NCBI GenBank assembly: GCA_964016885.1
Contig: OZ024757.1
Coordinates: 42,656,001 to 42,720,000 of the forward strand
Reading direction: 5' to 3'
Length of the DNA: 64,000 nt
Origin: Eledone cirrhosa
Lineage: Eukaryota
Shown: piece by piece, positions 1-13,985 of the stretch
Layout of the letters: each line of letters opens with the position of its first letter
How positions within the stretch are numbered: position 1 is the stretch's first letter
The notes under the pieces: generated by a model
Database searches by the model: none
The model's input: the letters and a program-made list of their open reading frames with translations, nothing else
Told to the model about the DNA's origin: nothing
Program-made: the position numbers and the translations under genes

Positions 1-3000
1 AGCCATTTTAGAGTCGTTTTACTCATTTAAGGGCTGTTTTATCCATTTGAGAGTCATTTTACTCATTTGAGGAGTATTTTAGCCGTTTTAGAGACGTTTT
101 AGCAATTTCAGAGTCCCTTTTCGCCGTTATAGAGTCATTTTAGTCATTTTAGAGTCGTTTTAGTCATTATAGTCATTTTAGCCATTTTATAGTGGTTTTA
201 CTCATTTAAACTGCCGTTGTAGCCAGTGTTGTTTCGATTTCTCCATTCTACAGTCGTTTAGACATCATTTTAGTCATTTAAGGTGTCGTTTTGGCCATTT
301 GAGAGTCGTTTTAGTCATTTATGGTGCCGTGTTAGCCATTTCAGAGGCATTTTAGCCATTTGAGAGTCGTTTTATTCATTTAAGGAGTGTTTTAGCCATT
401 TTACAGACGTTTTAGTCAATTTAGAGTCACCTTCACATTTATGGTGTTATTTGAGCCATTTTAGAGTCGTTTTAGTCATTTCAGAGTCAATTTAGTCATT
501 TTGGTGTCATTCTAGCAATTTAAGACGCCGTTTTAGACATTTTAGTAATTTCTAATGACGTTTTAGTCATTTTTGATGACGTTTTAGTAATTTATGATGA
601 CGTTTTAGCCATTTTAGTCATTTATGATGCCGTTTTAGCCATTTTATTGTCATTTTAGTCATTTATGATGCAGTTTTAGCCATTTTGTCGTAATTTCAGT
701 CATTTATGATAACGTTTGAGCCATCTAAGTGTCATTTTAGTCCTTTTTGATAACGTTTTAGCCATTTTAGTCATTTATAATGACGTTTTAGCCATTTTAG
801 CAAATTAACAGTCCGTTTTAGCCATTTTAGTGTCATTTTAGTCATTTATGATGCCGTTTGAGACATTTATGATGACATTTTAGCCATTTTAGTCATTGAT
901 AATGACGTTTTAGCCATTTTATTCATTTATGAAGACGTTTTAGACATTTTATTGTCTTTTTAGTCATTATGATGCGATTTCAGCCATTTTAGCGTAATTT
1001 TAGTCATTTACGATGTCGTTTTAGCCGTTTTAGTAATTTATGATGACGTTTAAGCAATTTTAGAGTAATTTTATTCATTTACGATGTCGTTTTAGCCATT
1101 TTAGTCATTTATGATGATATTTAAGTCATTTAAGTCATTGGTGAAGACGTTTTATCTATTTTAGTCATTTATAATGAGGTTTTAGACATTTTAGAATCAT
1201 TTTAGTCATTTCCGATGAAGTTTTAGCAATTTTAGTCATGATGCGTTTTAGCCATTTTAGTCATTCATGATGACGTTTTAGCCATTTTCGTGTCATTTTA
1301 GTCATTTATGATGCCGTTTTAACCATTTTAGTGTCATTTTAGTCATTTATGATGCCGTTTAAACCATTTTAGTGTGATTTTAGTCACTTATAAATGACGT
1401 TTTAGCCGTTTTAGTCACTTTTGATGACGTTTTAGTCATTTATGATGACGTTTTAGCTATTTCAGAACCATTTTAGACGTTTTAGTCGTTTTAGAGTCAT
1501 TGTAGCTATTTATGATACCGTTTAAGCCATTTTAGAGTCATCAAATGACTAAATTGACTCTAAAATGGCTAAAACGGCATCATGAATTAGTAAAATGGTC
1601 AAAACGACATCATAAATGACTAAAAGTGCTAGAACGTCATCATTAATGACTAAAACGTCATCAAAAATGACTAAAATGGCTAAAACGGAATCATAAATGA
1701 CTAAAATGGCTAAAAAGGCATCATAAATGGCTAAATTGACACTGAAATGGCTAAAACGGCATCATGAATGAGGAAAATGGCTAAAACGTCATAAATGACT
1801 GATACGTCATCTTAAATGACTAAATCGTCATCATAAATGACTAAAATGGCTAAAACAGCATCATAAATGGCTAAAACGCTATTATAAATGACTAAAATGA
1901 CTCTAAAATGGCAAAAAGGCATCATAAATGAGTAAAATGGCTAAAACGTCATCATAAATGTCTAAAACGGCATCATTAATTACTGAGCTGACTCTAAAAT
2001 TGCCAAAAAGGCATCAAAAAAGAGTAAAATGGCTAAAACGTCATCATAAATGACTAAAATGGCTAAAACGGAATAATAAATGACTGAAATGGCTAAAAAG
2101 GCATCATAAATGACTAAATTGACTCTGAAATAGCTAAAACGGCATCATGAATGAGGAAGATGGCTAAAACGTCATTATAAATGACTAAAACGTCATCATG
2201 AATGACTAAAATGGCTAAAACGGCATCATAAATGGCTAAATTGACTCTAAAATGGCTAAAACGGTATCATAAATGAGTAAAATGGCCAAAACGTCATCAT
2301 AAATGACTAAAATGGCTAAAACGGCATCATAAATGACTAAAATGTCTAAAACCGCACACATAAATGGCTAAATTGACGCTAAATTGGCTAAAACGGCATC
2401 ATAAATGACTAAAATGACTCTAAAATGGCTAAAAAGGCATCATGAATGAGTAAAATGGCTAAAACGTCATCATAAATGGCTAAATTAACTCTAAAATGGC
2501 TAAAACGCTATCATAAATGACTAAAATGACTCTAAAATGGTTTAAACGTCATCATAAATGAGTAAATTGGCTAAAACGTCATCATAAATGTCTAAAACGG
2601 CATCATTAATGACTGAAATGACTCTAAAATTGCCAAAAAGGCATCATAAATGACTAAAAGGGCTAAAACGGCATCATAAATGACTAAAATTACTCTAAAA
2701 TGGCAAAAAGGCATCATAAATGAGTAAAATGGCTAAAACGTCATCACAAATGACTAAAACCGCTAAAACGGCATCTTAAATGACTAAAATGTTTAAAACT
2801 GCATCATAAATGGCAATTTTTGACTCTAAAATGGCTAAAACGGCATCATAAGTGACTAAAATGACTCTAAAATGGCCAAAAAGGCATCATAAATAAGTAA
2901 AATGTCTAAAACGTCATCATAAATTGCGAAAACGTCATCATAAATGAATAACATGACTCTAACATGACTCTATAAATGAGTAAAATTGCTAAAACGTCAT

Positions 3001-6000
3001 CATAAATAACTAAAACGTCATCATAAATGGCTAAAACGTTATCATAAATGTCTAAAATGGCTAAAACAGCATCATAAATGAATAAAGTAACTCTAAAATG
3101 GCTAAAAAGGCACCATAAATGAATAAAATGGCTAAAACGTCATCATAAATGACTAAAACGTCATCATAAATGACTAAAATAGCTAAAACAGAATCTTAAA
3201 TGACTAAAATGGCTAAATTGACGCTAAATTGGCTAAAATAAATGACTAAAATGACTCTAAAATGAATGAAAAGGCATCATGAATGAGTAAAATGGCTAAA
3301 ACGTCAACATAAATGACTAAAATAGCAGCATAAATGACTAAATTGACTCTAAAAGGGCTAAAAAGGCATCATGAATGAGTAAAATGGCCAAAACGTAATC
3401 ATAAATTACTAAAATGTTTAAAACTGCATCATAAATGGCTAAATTGACTCTAAATTGGCTAAAACGGCATAATAAGTGACTAAAATGACTCTAAAATGGC
3501 CAAAAAGGCATCATAAATAAGTAAAATGGCTATAACGTCATCATAAATGTCGAAAACGGCATCATAAATGAATAAAATGAATCTAAAATGGCTAAAAAGG
3601 CATCATAAATGAATAAAATGGCTAAAACGTCATCATAAATGACTAAAACGTCATCATAAATGACTACAATGACTCTAAAATGGCTAAAACGTCATCATAA
3701 ATGACTGATACGTCACCTTAAATGACTAAATCGTCATCATAAATGACTAAAATGGCTAAAACGGCATCATAAATGGCTAAATTGACTCTAAAATGGCTAA
3801 AACGGCATAATAAGTGACTAAAATGGCCAAAAAGGCATCATAAATAAGTAAAATGGCTAAAACGTCATCATAAATGTCGAAAACGGCATCATAAATGAAT
3901 AAAATGAATCTAAAATGGCTAAAAAGGCATCATAAATGTGTAAAATGGTTAAAACGTCATCATAAATGAGTAAAATGGCTAAAACGTCATCATAAATGTC
4001 TAAAACGGCATCATTAATGACTGAAATGACTCTAAAATTGCCAAAAAGGCATTATAAATGAGTAAAATGGCTAAAACGTCATCATAAATGAGTAAAATCG
4101 CTAAAACGGTATCTTCAATTATTAAAATGTTTAAAACTGCATTATAAATAGCTAAATTGACTCTAAAATGGCTAAAACGGCATCATAAGTGACTAAAATG
4201 ACTCTAAAATGGCCAAAAAGGCATCATAAATAAGTAAAATGGCTATAAAGGCCTTCATAAATGTCGAAAACGGCATCAGAAATGAATAAAATGAATCTAA
4301 AATTGCTAAAAAGGCATCATAAATGAATAAAATGGCTAAAACGTCATCATAAATGACTACAATGACTCTAAAATGGCTAAAACGTCATCATAAATGACTG
4401 ATACGTCATCTTAAATGACTAAATCGTCATCATAAATGAATAAAATGGCTAAAACGGCATCATAAATGGTTAATTGACTCTAAAATGGCTAAAACGCTAT
4501 CATAAATGAGTAAAATGGCTAAAACGGCATCATAAATGGCTAAATTGACTCTAAAATGGCTAAAACGCTATCATAAATGAGTAAAATTGCCAAAACGTCA
4601 TCATAAATGACTAAAATGGCTAAAACGGCATCATAAATGACTAAAATGTCTAAAACCGCAACATAAATGGCTAAATTGACGCTAAATTGGCTAAAACGGC
4701 ATCATAAGTGACTAAAATGACTCTAAAATGGCTAAAAAGGCATCATGAATGAGTAAAATGGCTCAAACGTCATCATAAATGACTACAATGACTCTAAAAT
4801 CGCTATAACGTCATCATTAATGACTAAAATGGCTAAAACCGCATCATAAATGTCTAAATTAACTCTAAAATGGCTAAAACGCTATCATAAATGACTAAAA
4901 TGACTCTAAAATGGCAAAAAGGCATCATAAATGAGTAAAGTGGCTAAAACGTCATCATAAATGTGTAAAACGGCATCATTAATGACTGAAATGACTCTAA
5001 CATTGCCAAAAAGGCATCATAAATGACTAAAATAGCTAAAACGGCATCATAAATGACTAAAATTACTCTAAAATGGCAAAAAGGCATCATAAATTAGTAA
5101 AATGGCTAAAACGTCATCACAAATGACTAAAATCGCTAAAACAGCATCTTAAATGACTAAAATGTTTAAAACTGCATCATAAATGGCAATTTTAACTCTA
5201 AAATGGCCAAAAAGGCATCATAAGTGACTAAAATGACTAAAACGTCATCACAAATGGCGAAAACGTCATCATAAATAAATAACATGACTCTAAAATGGCT
5301 AAAAAGGCATCATAAATGAGTAAAATTGCTAAAACGTCATCATAAATAACTAAAACGTCATCATAAATGGCTAAAACGTTATCATAAATGTCTAAAATGG
5401 CTAAAACAGCATCATAAATGAATAAAGTAACTCTAAAATGGCTAAAAAGGCACCATAAATGAATAAAATGGCTAAAACGTCATCATAAATGACTAAAACG
5501 TCATCATAAATGACTAAAATGGCTAAAACGGAATCTTAAATGACTAAAATGGCTAAAAAGGCATCATAAATGGCTAAATTGACGCTAAATTGGCTAAAAT
5601 GAATGACTAAAATGACTCTAAAATGGATGAAAAGGCATCATGAATGAGTAAAATGGCGAAAACGTCATCATAAATGAATAAATGGCAGCATAAATGAATA
5701 AATTGACTCTAAAAGGGCTAAAAAGGCATCATGAATGAGTAAAATGGCCAAAACGTCATCATAAATGACTAAAATGTTTAAAACTGCATCATAAATGGCT
5801 AAATTGACTCTAAAATGGCTAAAACGGCATCATAAGTGACTAAAATGACTCTAAAATGGCCAAAAAGGCATCATAAATAAGTAAAATGGCTAAAACGTCA
5901 TCATAAATGTCAAAAACGGCATCAGAAATGAATAAAATGAATCTAAAATGGCTAAAAAGGCATCATAAATGAGTAAAATGGTTAAAACGTCATCATAAAT

Positions 6001-9000
6001 GAGTAAAATGGCTAAAACTTCATCATAAATGTCTAAAACGGCATCATTAATGACTGAAATAACTCTAAAATTGCCAAAAAGGCATTATAAATGAATAAAA
6101 TGGCTAAAACGTCATCATAAATGACTAAAATCGCTAAAACGGCATCTTAGATTACTCAAATGTTTAAAACTGCATTATAAATGGCTAAATTGACTCTAAA
6201 ATGGCTAAAACGGCATCATAAGTGACTAAAATTACTCTAAAATGGCCAAAAAGGCATCATAAATAAGTAAAATGGCTAAAACGTCATCATAAATGACTAA
6301 AATCGCTAAAACGGCATCTTACATTACTAAAATGTTTAAAACTGCATTATAAATGGCTAAATTGACTCTAAAATGGCTAAAACGGCATCATAAGTGACTA
6401 AAATGAATCTAAAATGGCTAAAAAGGCATCATAAATGAATAAAATGGCTAAAACGTCATCATAAATGACTACAATGACTCTAAATTCGCTATAACGTCAT
6501 CATAAATGACTCGTCATCATAAATGACTAAAATGGTTAAAACGGCATCATAAATGGCTAAATTGACTCTAAAATGGCTAAAACGCTATCATAAATGATTA
6601 AAACGACTAAAATCGCTAAAACGGCATCATAAATGACTAAAATGTTTAAAACTGCATTATAAATGGCTAAATTGACTCTAAAATAGCTAAAACGGCATCA
6701 TAAGTGACTAAAATGACACTAAAATGGCCAAAAAGGCATCATAAATAAGTAAAATGTCTAAAACGTGATCATAAATGTCGAAAGCAGCATCTTAAATGAA
6801 TAAAATGAATCAAAAATGGCTAAAAAGGCATCATAAATGAATAAAATGACTCTAAAATGGCTAAAACGTCATCATAAATGACTAAAATGGCTAAAACGGA
6901 ATCATAAATGACTAAAATGGCTAAAAAGGCATCATAAATGGCTAAATTGATACTGAAATGGCTAAAACGGAATCATGAATGAGGAAAATGGCTAAAACGT
7001 CATCATAAATGACTGACACGTCATCTTAAATGACTAAATCGTCATCATAAATGACTAAAATGGCTAAAACGGCATCATAAATGGCTAAATTGACTCTAAA
7101 ATGGCTAAAACGCTATCATAAATGACTAAAATGACTCTAAAATGGCAAGAAGGCATCATAAATGAGTAAAATGGCTAAAACGTCATCATAAATGACTAAA
7201 ATGGCAACATAAATGACTAAATTGGCTCTAAAATGGCTAAAAAGGCATCATGAATGAGTAAAATGGCCAAAACGTCATCATAAATGACTAAAATGTTTAA
7301 AACTGCATCATAAATGGCTAAATTGACTCTAAAATGGCTAAAACGGCATCATAAGTGAATAAAATTACTCTAAAATGGCCAAAAAGGCATCATAAATAAG
7401 TAAAATGTCTAAAACGTCATCATAAATGTCGAAAACAGCATCTTAAATGAATAAAATGAATCTAAAATGGCTAAAAAGGCATCATAAATGAGTAAAATGG
7501 TTAAAACGTCATCATAAATGAATAAAATGGCTAAAACGTCATCATAAATGACTAAAACGTCATCATAAATGACTAAAATGGCTAAAACGGAATCATAAAT
7601 GACTAAAATGGCTAAAAAGGCATCATAAATGGCTAAATTGATACTGAAATGGCTAAAACGGCATCATGAATGAGGAAAATTGCTAAAACGTCATCATAAA
7701 TGACTGACACGTCATCTTAAATGACTAAATCGTCATCATAAATGAGTAAAATGGCTAAAACGTCATCATAAATGACTAAAATGGCAACATAAATGAATAA
7801 AATGAATCTAAAATGGCTAAAAAGGCATCATGAATGAGTAAAATGGTTAAAACGTCATCATAAATTAGTAAAATGGCTAAAACGTCATCATAAATGTCTA
7901 AAACGGCATCATTAATGACTGAAATTACTCTAAAATTGCCAAAAAGGCATCATAAATGACTAAAAGGGCTAAAACGGCATCATAAATGACTAAAATAACT
8001 CTAAAATGGCAAAAAGCCATCATAAATGAGTAAAATGGCTAAAACGTCATCATAAATGACTAAAATCGCTAAAACGGCATCTTAAATGACTAAAATGTTT
8101 AAAACTGCATCATAAATGGCTAAATTACCTCTAAAATGGCTAAAACGTCATCATAAATTACTGATACGTCATCTTAAATTACTAAATCGTCATCATAGAT
8201 GACTAAAATGGCTAAAACGGCATCATAAATGGCTAAAACGCTATCATAAATGACTAAAATGACTCTAAAATGGCAGAAAGGCATCATAAATGAGTAAAAG
8301 GCTAAAACGTCATCATAAATGACTAAAATGGCAACGTAAATGACTAAATTGACTCTAAAATGGCTAAAAAGTCATCGTGAATGAGTAAAATGGCCAAAAC
8401 GTCATCATAAATGACTAAAATGTTTAAAACTGCATCATTAATGACTAAACTGACTCTAAAATGGCTAAAACGGCATCATAAGTGAATAAAATGACTCTAA
8501 AATGGGCATAAAGGCATCATAAATAAGTAAAATGGCTAAAACGTCATCATAAATGTCGAAAACGGCATCATAAATGAATAAAATGAATCTAAAATGGTTA
8601 AAAGGCATCATAAATGAGTAAAATGGTTAAAACGTCGTCATAAATGAGTAAAATGGCTAAAACGTCATCATAAATGTCTAAAACGGCATCATTAATGACT
8701 GAAATGACTCTAAAATTGCCAAAAAGGCATCATAAATGACTAAAAGGGCTAAAACGGTATCATAAATAACTAAAATAACTCTAAAATGGCAAAAAGGCAT
8801 CATAAATGAGTAAAATGGCTAAAACGTCATCATAAATGACTAAAATGGCTAAAACGGCATCTTAAATGACTAAAATGTTTAAAACTGCATCACAAATGGC
8901 TAAATTGACTCTAAAATGACTAAAACGGCATCATAAGTGACTAAAATGACTCTAAAATGGCCAAAAAGGCATCAGAAATAAGTAAAATGGTTAAAACGTC

Positions 9001-11966
9001 ATCATAAATGGCGAAAACAGCATCTTAAATGAATAAAATGAATCTAAAATGGCTAAAAAGGCATCATAAATGAGTAAAATGGTTAAAACGGCATCATAAA
9101 TTAATATAATGGTTAAAACGTCATCATAAATGACTAAAATGACTCTAAAGTGGCTAAAAGGTCATCATGACTAAAATGGCTAAAACGGAATCATAAATGA
9201 CTAAAATGGCTAAAAAGGCATCATAAATGGCTAAATTGACACTGAAATGGCTAAAACGGCATCATGAATGAGGAAAATAGCTAAAACGTCATCATAAATG
9301 AGTGATACGTCATCTTAAAAAACTAAATCGTCATCATAAATGACTAAAATGGCTAAAACGGCATCATAAATGGCTAAATTGACTCTAAAAGGGCTAAAAC
9401 GCTATCATAAATGTCTAAAATGACTCTAAAAGGGCAAAAAGGCATCATAAATGAGTAAAATGCCTAAAACGTCATCATAAATGTCTAAAACGGCATCATT
9501 AATGACTGAAATGATTCTAAAATTGCCAAAAAGGCATCATAAATGACTAAAAGGGCTAAAACGGCATCATAAATGACTAAAATAACTCTAAAATGGCAAA
9601 AAGCCATCATGAATGAGTAAAATGGTTAAAACGTCATCATAAATTAGTAAAATGGCTAAAACGTCATCATAAATGTCTAAAACGGCATCATTAATGACTG
9701 AAATGACTCTAAAATTGCCAAAAAGGCATCATAAATGACTAAAAGGGCTAAAACGGCATCATAAATGACTAAAATAACTCTAAAATGGCAAAAAGCCATC
9801 ATAAATGAGTAAAATGGCTAAAACGTCATCATAAATGACTAAAATCGCTAAAACGGCATCTTAAATGACTAAAATGTTTAAAACTGCATCATAAATGGCT
9901 AAATTACCTCTAAAATGGCTAAAACGTCATCATAAATTACTGATACGTCATCTTAAATTACTAAATCGTCATCATAGATGACTAAAATGGCTAAAACGTC
10001 ATCATAAATGGCTAAAACGCTATCATAAATGACTAAAATGACTCTAAAATGGCAGAAAGGCATCATAAATGAGTAAAATGGCTAAAACGTCATCATAAAT
10101 GACTAAAATGGCAACGTAAATGACTAAATTGACTCTAAAATGGCTAAAAGGTCATCGTGAATGAGTAAAATGGCTAAAACGTCATCATAAATGACTAAAA
10201 TGGCAACGTAAATGACTAAACTGACTCTAAAATGGCTAAAACGGCATCATAAGTGAATAAAATGACTCTAAAATGGGCATAAAGGCATCATAAATAAGTA
10301 AAATGGCTAAAACGTCATCATAAATGTCGAAAACGGCATCATAAATGAATAAAATGAATCTAAAATGGTTAAAAGGCATCATAAATGAGTAAAATGGTTA
10401 AAACGTCGTCATAAATGAGTAAAATGGCTAAAACGTCATCATAAATGTCTAAAACGGCATCATTAATGACTGAAATGACTCTAAAATTGCCAAAAAGGCA
10501 TCATAAATGACTAAAAGGGCTAAAACGGTATCATAAATAACTAAAATAACTCTAAAATGGCAAAAAGGCATCATAAATGAGTAAAATGGCTAAAACGTCA
10601 TCATAAATGACTAAAATGGCTAAAACGGCATCTTAAATGACTAAAATGTTTAAAACTGCATCACAAATGGCTAAATTGACTCTAAAATGATTAAAACGGC
10701 ATCATAAGTGACTAAAATGACTCTAAAATGGCCAAAAAGGCATCAGAAATAAGTAAAATGGTTAAAACGTCATCATAAATGGCGAAAACAGCATCTTAAA
10801 TGAATAAAATGAATCTAAAATGGCTAAAAAGGCATCATAAATGGCTAAATTGACACTGAAATGGCTAAAACGGCATCATGAATGAGGAAAATAGCTAAAA
10901 CGTCATCATAAATGAGTGATACGTCATCTTAAAAAACTAAATCGTCATCATAAATGACTAAAATGGCTAAAACGGCATCATAAATGGCTAAATTGACTCT
11001 AAAAGGGCTAAAACGCTATCATAAATGTCTAAAATGACTCTAAAAGGGCAAAAAGGCATCATAAATGAGTAAAATGTCTAAAACGTCATCATAAATGTCT
11101 AAAACGGCATCATTAATGACTGAAATGATTCTAAAATTGCCAAAAAGGCATCATAAATGACTAAAAGGGCTAAAACGGCATCATAAATAACTAAAATAAC
11201 TCTAAAATGGCAAAAAGGCATCATAAATGAGTAAAATGGCTAAAACGTCATCATAAATGACTAAAATGGCTAAAACGGCATCTTAAATGACTAAAATGTT
11301 TAAAACTGCATCACAAATGGCTAAATTGACTCTAAAATGACTAAAACGGCATCATAAGTGACTAAAATGACTCTAAAATGGCCAAAAAGGCATCAGAAAT
11401 AAGTAAAATGGTTAAAACGTCATCATAAATGGCGAAAACGTCATCATAAATGAATAAAATGACTCTAAAATGGCTAAAAAGGCATCATAAATGAGTAAAA
11501 TGGCTAAAACGTCATCATAAATGAGTAAAATGGCTAAAACTTCATCATAAATGTCTAAAATAGCTAAAACACCATCATAAATGAATAAAATGACTCTAAA
11601 ATGGCTAAAAAGGCACCATAAATGAATAAAATGGCTAAATCGTCGTCATAAATGGCTAAAACGTCATCATAAATGACTAAAATGGCCAAAACGGAATCAT
11701 AAATGACTAAAATGGCTAAAAAGGCATCATAAATGGCTAAATTGACGCTAAATTGGCTAAAACGGTATCATAATTGACTAAAATGACTCTAAAACGGATA
11801 AAAAGGCATCATGAATGAGTAAAATGGCTAAAACGTCATCATAAATGACTAAAATGGCAACATAAATGACTAAATTGACTCTAAAATGGCTAAAAAGGCA
11901 TCATGAATGAGTAAAATAGCCAAAACGTTATCATAAATGACTAAAATGTTTAAAACTGCATCATAA
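1..11966. repeat. AT-rich satellite of degenerate 10-bp subunits (AAATGACTAA / AATGGCTAAA / ACGKCATCAT) forming 20-40-bp, mostly 30-bp, units; reverse orientation 1-~1540, forward ~1541-11966
   Basis: Continuous recurrence of aaatgactaaaatggctaaaacgtcatcat, or its reverse complement before ~1540; no ORF in the track; ends abruptly at tcataa|ccactc (11966). Confidence 0.97.
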
Positions 11967-12033
11967 CCACTCTTGCCTCAAGTGGGAAAACTCCTGTCCA
12001 AACCCATGCAAGCGTGGAACATGGACGTTAAAC

Positions 12034-12065
<32 letters not shown>
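11967..12065 (+). mobile_element. 3' tail fragment of an RTE-type LINE or RTE-mobilised SINE ending in (GAT)n
   Basis: cccatgcaagcgtggaacatggacgttaaac(gat)n resembles the 3' end of the RTE at 18957-19000 (minus strand: cccatccaatcatggaaaagcggacataaaat(gat)n). Confidence 0.65.
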
Positions 12066-12066
<1 letters not shown>

Positions 12067-12179
12067 ATTTATATATATATATGTGTGTGTATATACATAT
12101 ACATATAATTGATTCGATGTAGTCATAGTTTTCAAGAATGCCTTTGGTAATGTGGTGGAAGAGTATGTTAAAATTGAAG

Positions 12180-12392
12180 TTATTTGTTGTATAGTAATAA
12201 GGAACAAACAACAAAGAAAGCGCCTCAGTAGAACTGAAGTGTAAGATGTGCTTTAAAGACTACAACAACAGCTACACAAGAGATGATGATAGACAGTGAT
12301 GACGCAAATGACTTCAAAACATTGTCAGCTTATTTAAAAACAACTGCAATACTCAGTCCTGAAAATGCTTGGATGAAAAGTGAGAGTAATAC
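12180..12392 (-). pseudogene. 3' part of the SLC35A-like terminal exon, downstream of the CR1 insertion
   Basis: Encodes VLLSLFIQAFSGLSIAVVFK*ADNVLKSFASSLSIIISCVAVVVVFKAHLTLQFY*GAFFVVCSLLLYNK*; not in the ORF track. Confidence 0.88.
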
Positions 12393-13156
12393 GGCCAAAA
12401 TGGGGACAAGGAAGGTCGCTTGACCACGTCTTGACCAAACAAAATATAATATTTTCACCAAAAACTGCCCTTTAAACACATGTCAGATGGATTACAATAT
12501 TCATTATTACAATTACTTTGACTGTTCCCTGACAACTAGTACCAGTTTCAAGATAGAATTATCTTAACGAAGTATATATAATTTGACTTGATTTTCGTCA
12601 ACAAACCACGTGTTCACATGGACGGGAAAAAAGGAAAAAAACAAAACAAATCGCTACATCCCTTAAGGATCGCAGTAAGTACTCCACAAAACATATAAAC
12701 AACAATATACACACATATTTATATACAGATATATACCATATGCATATATACACACGTGAAAGGAAACCACACTATTTCGTGTGAGACACTATACCGGCCA
12801 ATTTTACCAATTTACATTGGTAAAATATTTCTGAACATTGACTTCGCTTCTAACCCACATACACCTTTTAATTATATGTATATATACTAGCAGCTGAAAG
12901 TTAATAATTTGAAAAAAATATTATTGAAAGTTTATTATAAAGAAGCAGTATCAGGGGAAAAAAAACGTTATTTCGCTGTTAATAAACAATTGCCTTCTAC
13001 AGTACGTTTCATTTAACTTACGCAGCATATTTATTTGTTTACATGCACAGACTCTTCTGTACACACACACAACATTTAGGAAAACGGAAACAAAATACAC
13101 AAAAAAACAAAACAAAAAAAACAGACATTTTATTTCTATCGTAATCAAGTGCGCTA

Positions 13157-13985
13157 AACCTATATTGTTTACATTCTGTGTTTTTCTACGGATGAGCAGA
13201 AATAACAAAATTGCCATCGTGATATCCATCGATGAAGTATGCGACAAAACTGGTTGATATTCCAAAATAGAACATTGCCCAGAAGATCACATCTGCCATA
13301 TCTGTACGGAACCCGAAAACTCGTTCCGTAATCGCTGGGTCGAATGTGGAACCTGTCACATGTCTGCCTTCAATGCGCCACAGGCTTCCGGAAGATCCCA
13401 GGCCAAAACAAGAAACATCATATTGCTACGATGGATAGACTGTGGGAGATGGTCCAGCTAACAAACTGGTCCTTTCAGCGCCTGGGCTGTATGCCTTCTT
13501 CTCCCATTGCTGCGGAACAACAACAAAAACCGAAGATCGTGTCTTCTTCTACCATTGTTCCCGAACAACAACCTATATTATTTACATTCTGTGTTTTTCT
13601 ACGAATGAGTAGAAATAACAAAATTGCCATCGTGATATCCATCGATGAAGTATGCAACAAAACTGGTTGATGTTCCAAAATAGAACATTGCCCAGAAGAT
13701 CACACCTGCCATATCTGTACGGAACCCGAAAACTCGTTCCGTAATCGCTGGGTCGAATGTGGAACCTGTCGCATCTCTGTCTGCCTTCAATGCGCCACAG
13801 GCTTCCGGAAGATCCCAGGCCAAAATAAGAAACATCATATTGCTACGATGGATAGACTGTGGGAGATGGTCCAGCTAACAAACTGGTCCTTTCAGTGCCT
13901 GGACTGTATGCCTGCTTCTCCCATTGCTGCGGAACAACAACAACAAAGACCGAAGATCGTGTCTTCTACCATTGTTCCCGAACAA
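13157..13985 (+). repeat. ~413-bp tandem duplication of the CR1 5'UTR end / ORF1 start (copy 1 13157-13569, copy 2 from 13570)
   Basis: aacctatattrtttacattctgtgtttttctacg at 13157 and 13570; ATGAGYAGAAATAAC at 13192 and 13605. Confidence 0.93.

Noticed and set aside
1-11966. Telomeric repeat suggested by frequent TTAG
   Set aside because: No (TTAGGG)n or (TTAGG)n runs; TTAG is part of the 10-bp subunit.
12880-12900. CTGCTAGT on the minus strand as a Helitron 3' end
   Set aside because: No GC-rich subterminal hairpin and no matching 5' end in the right orientation.
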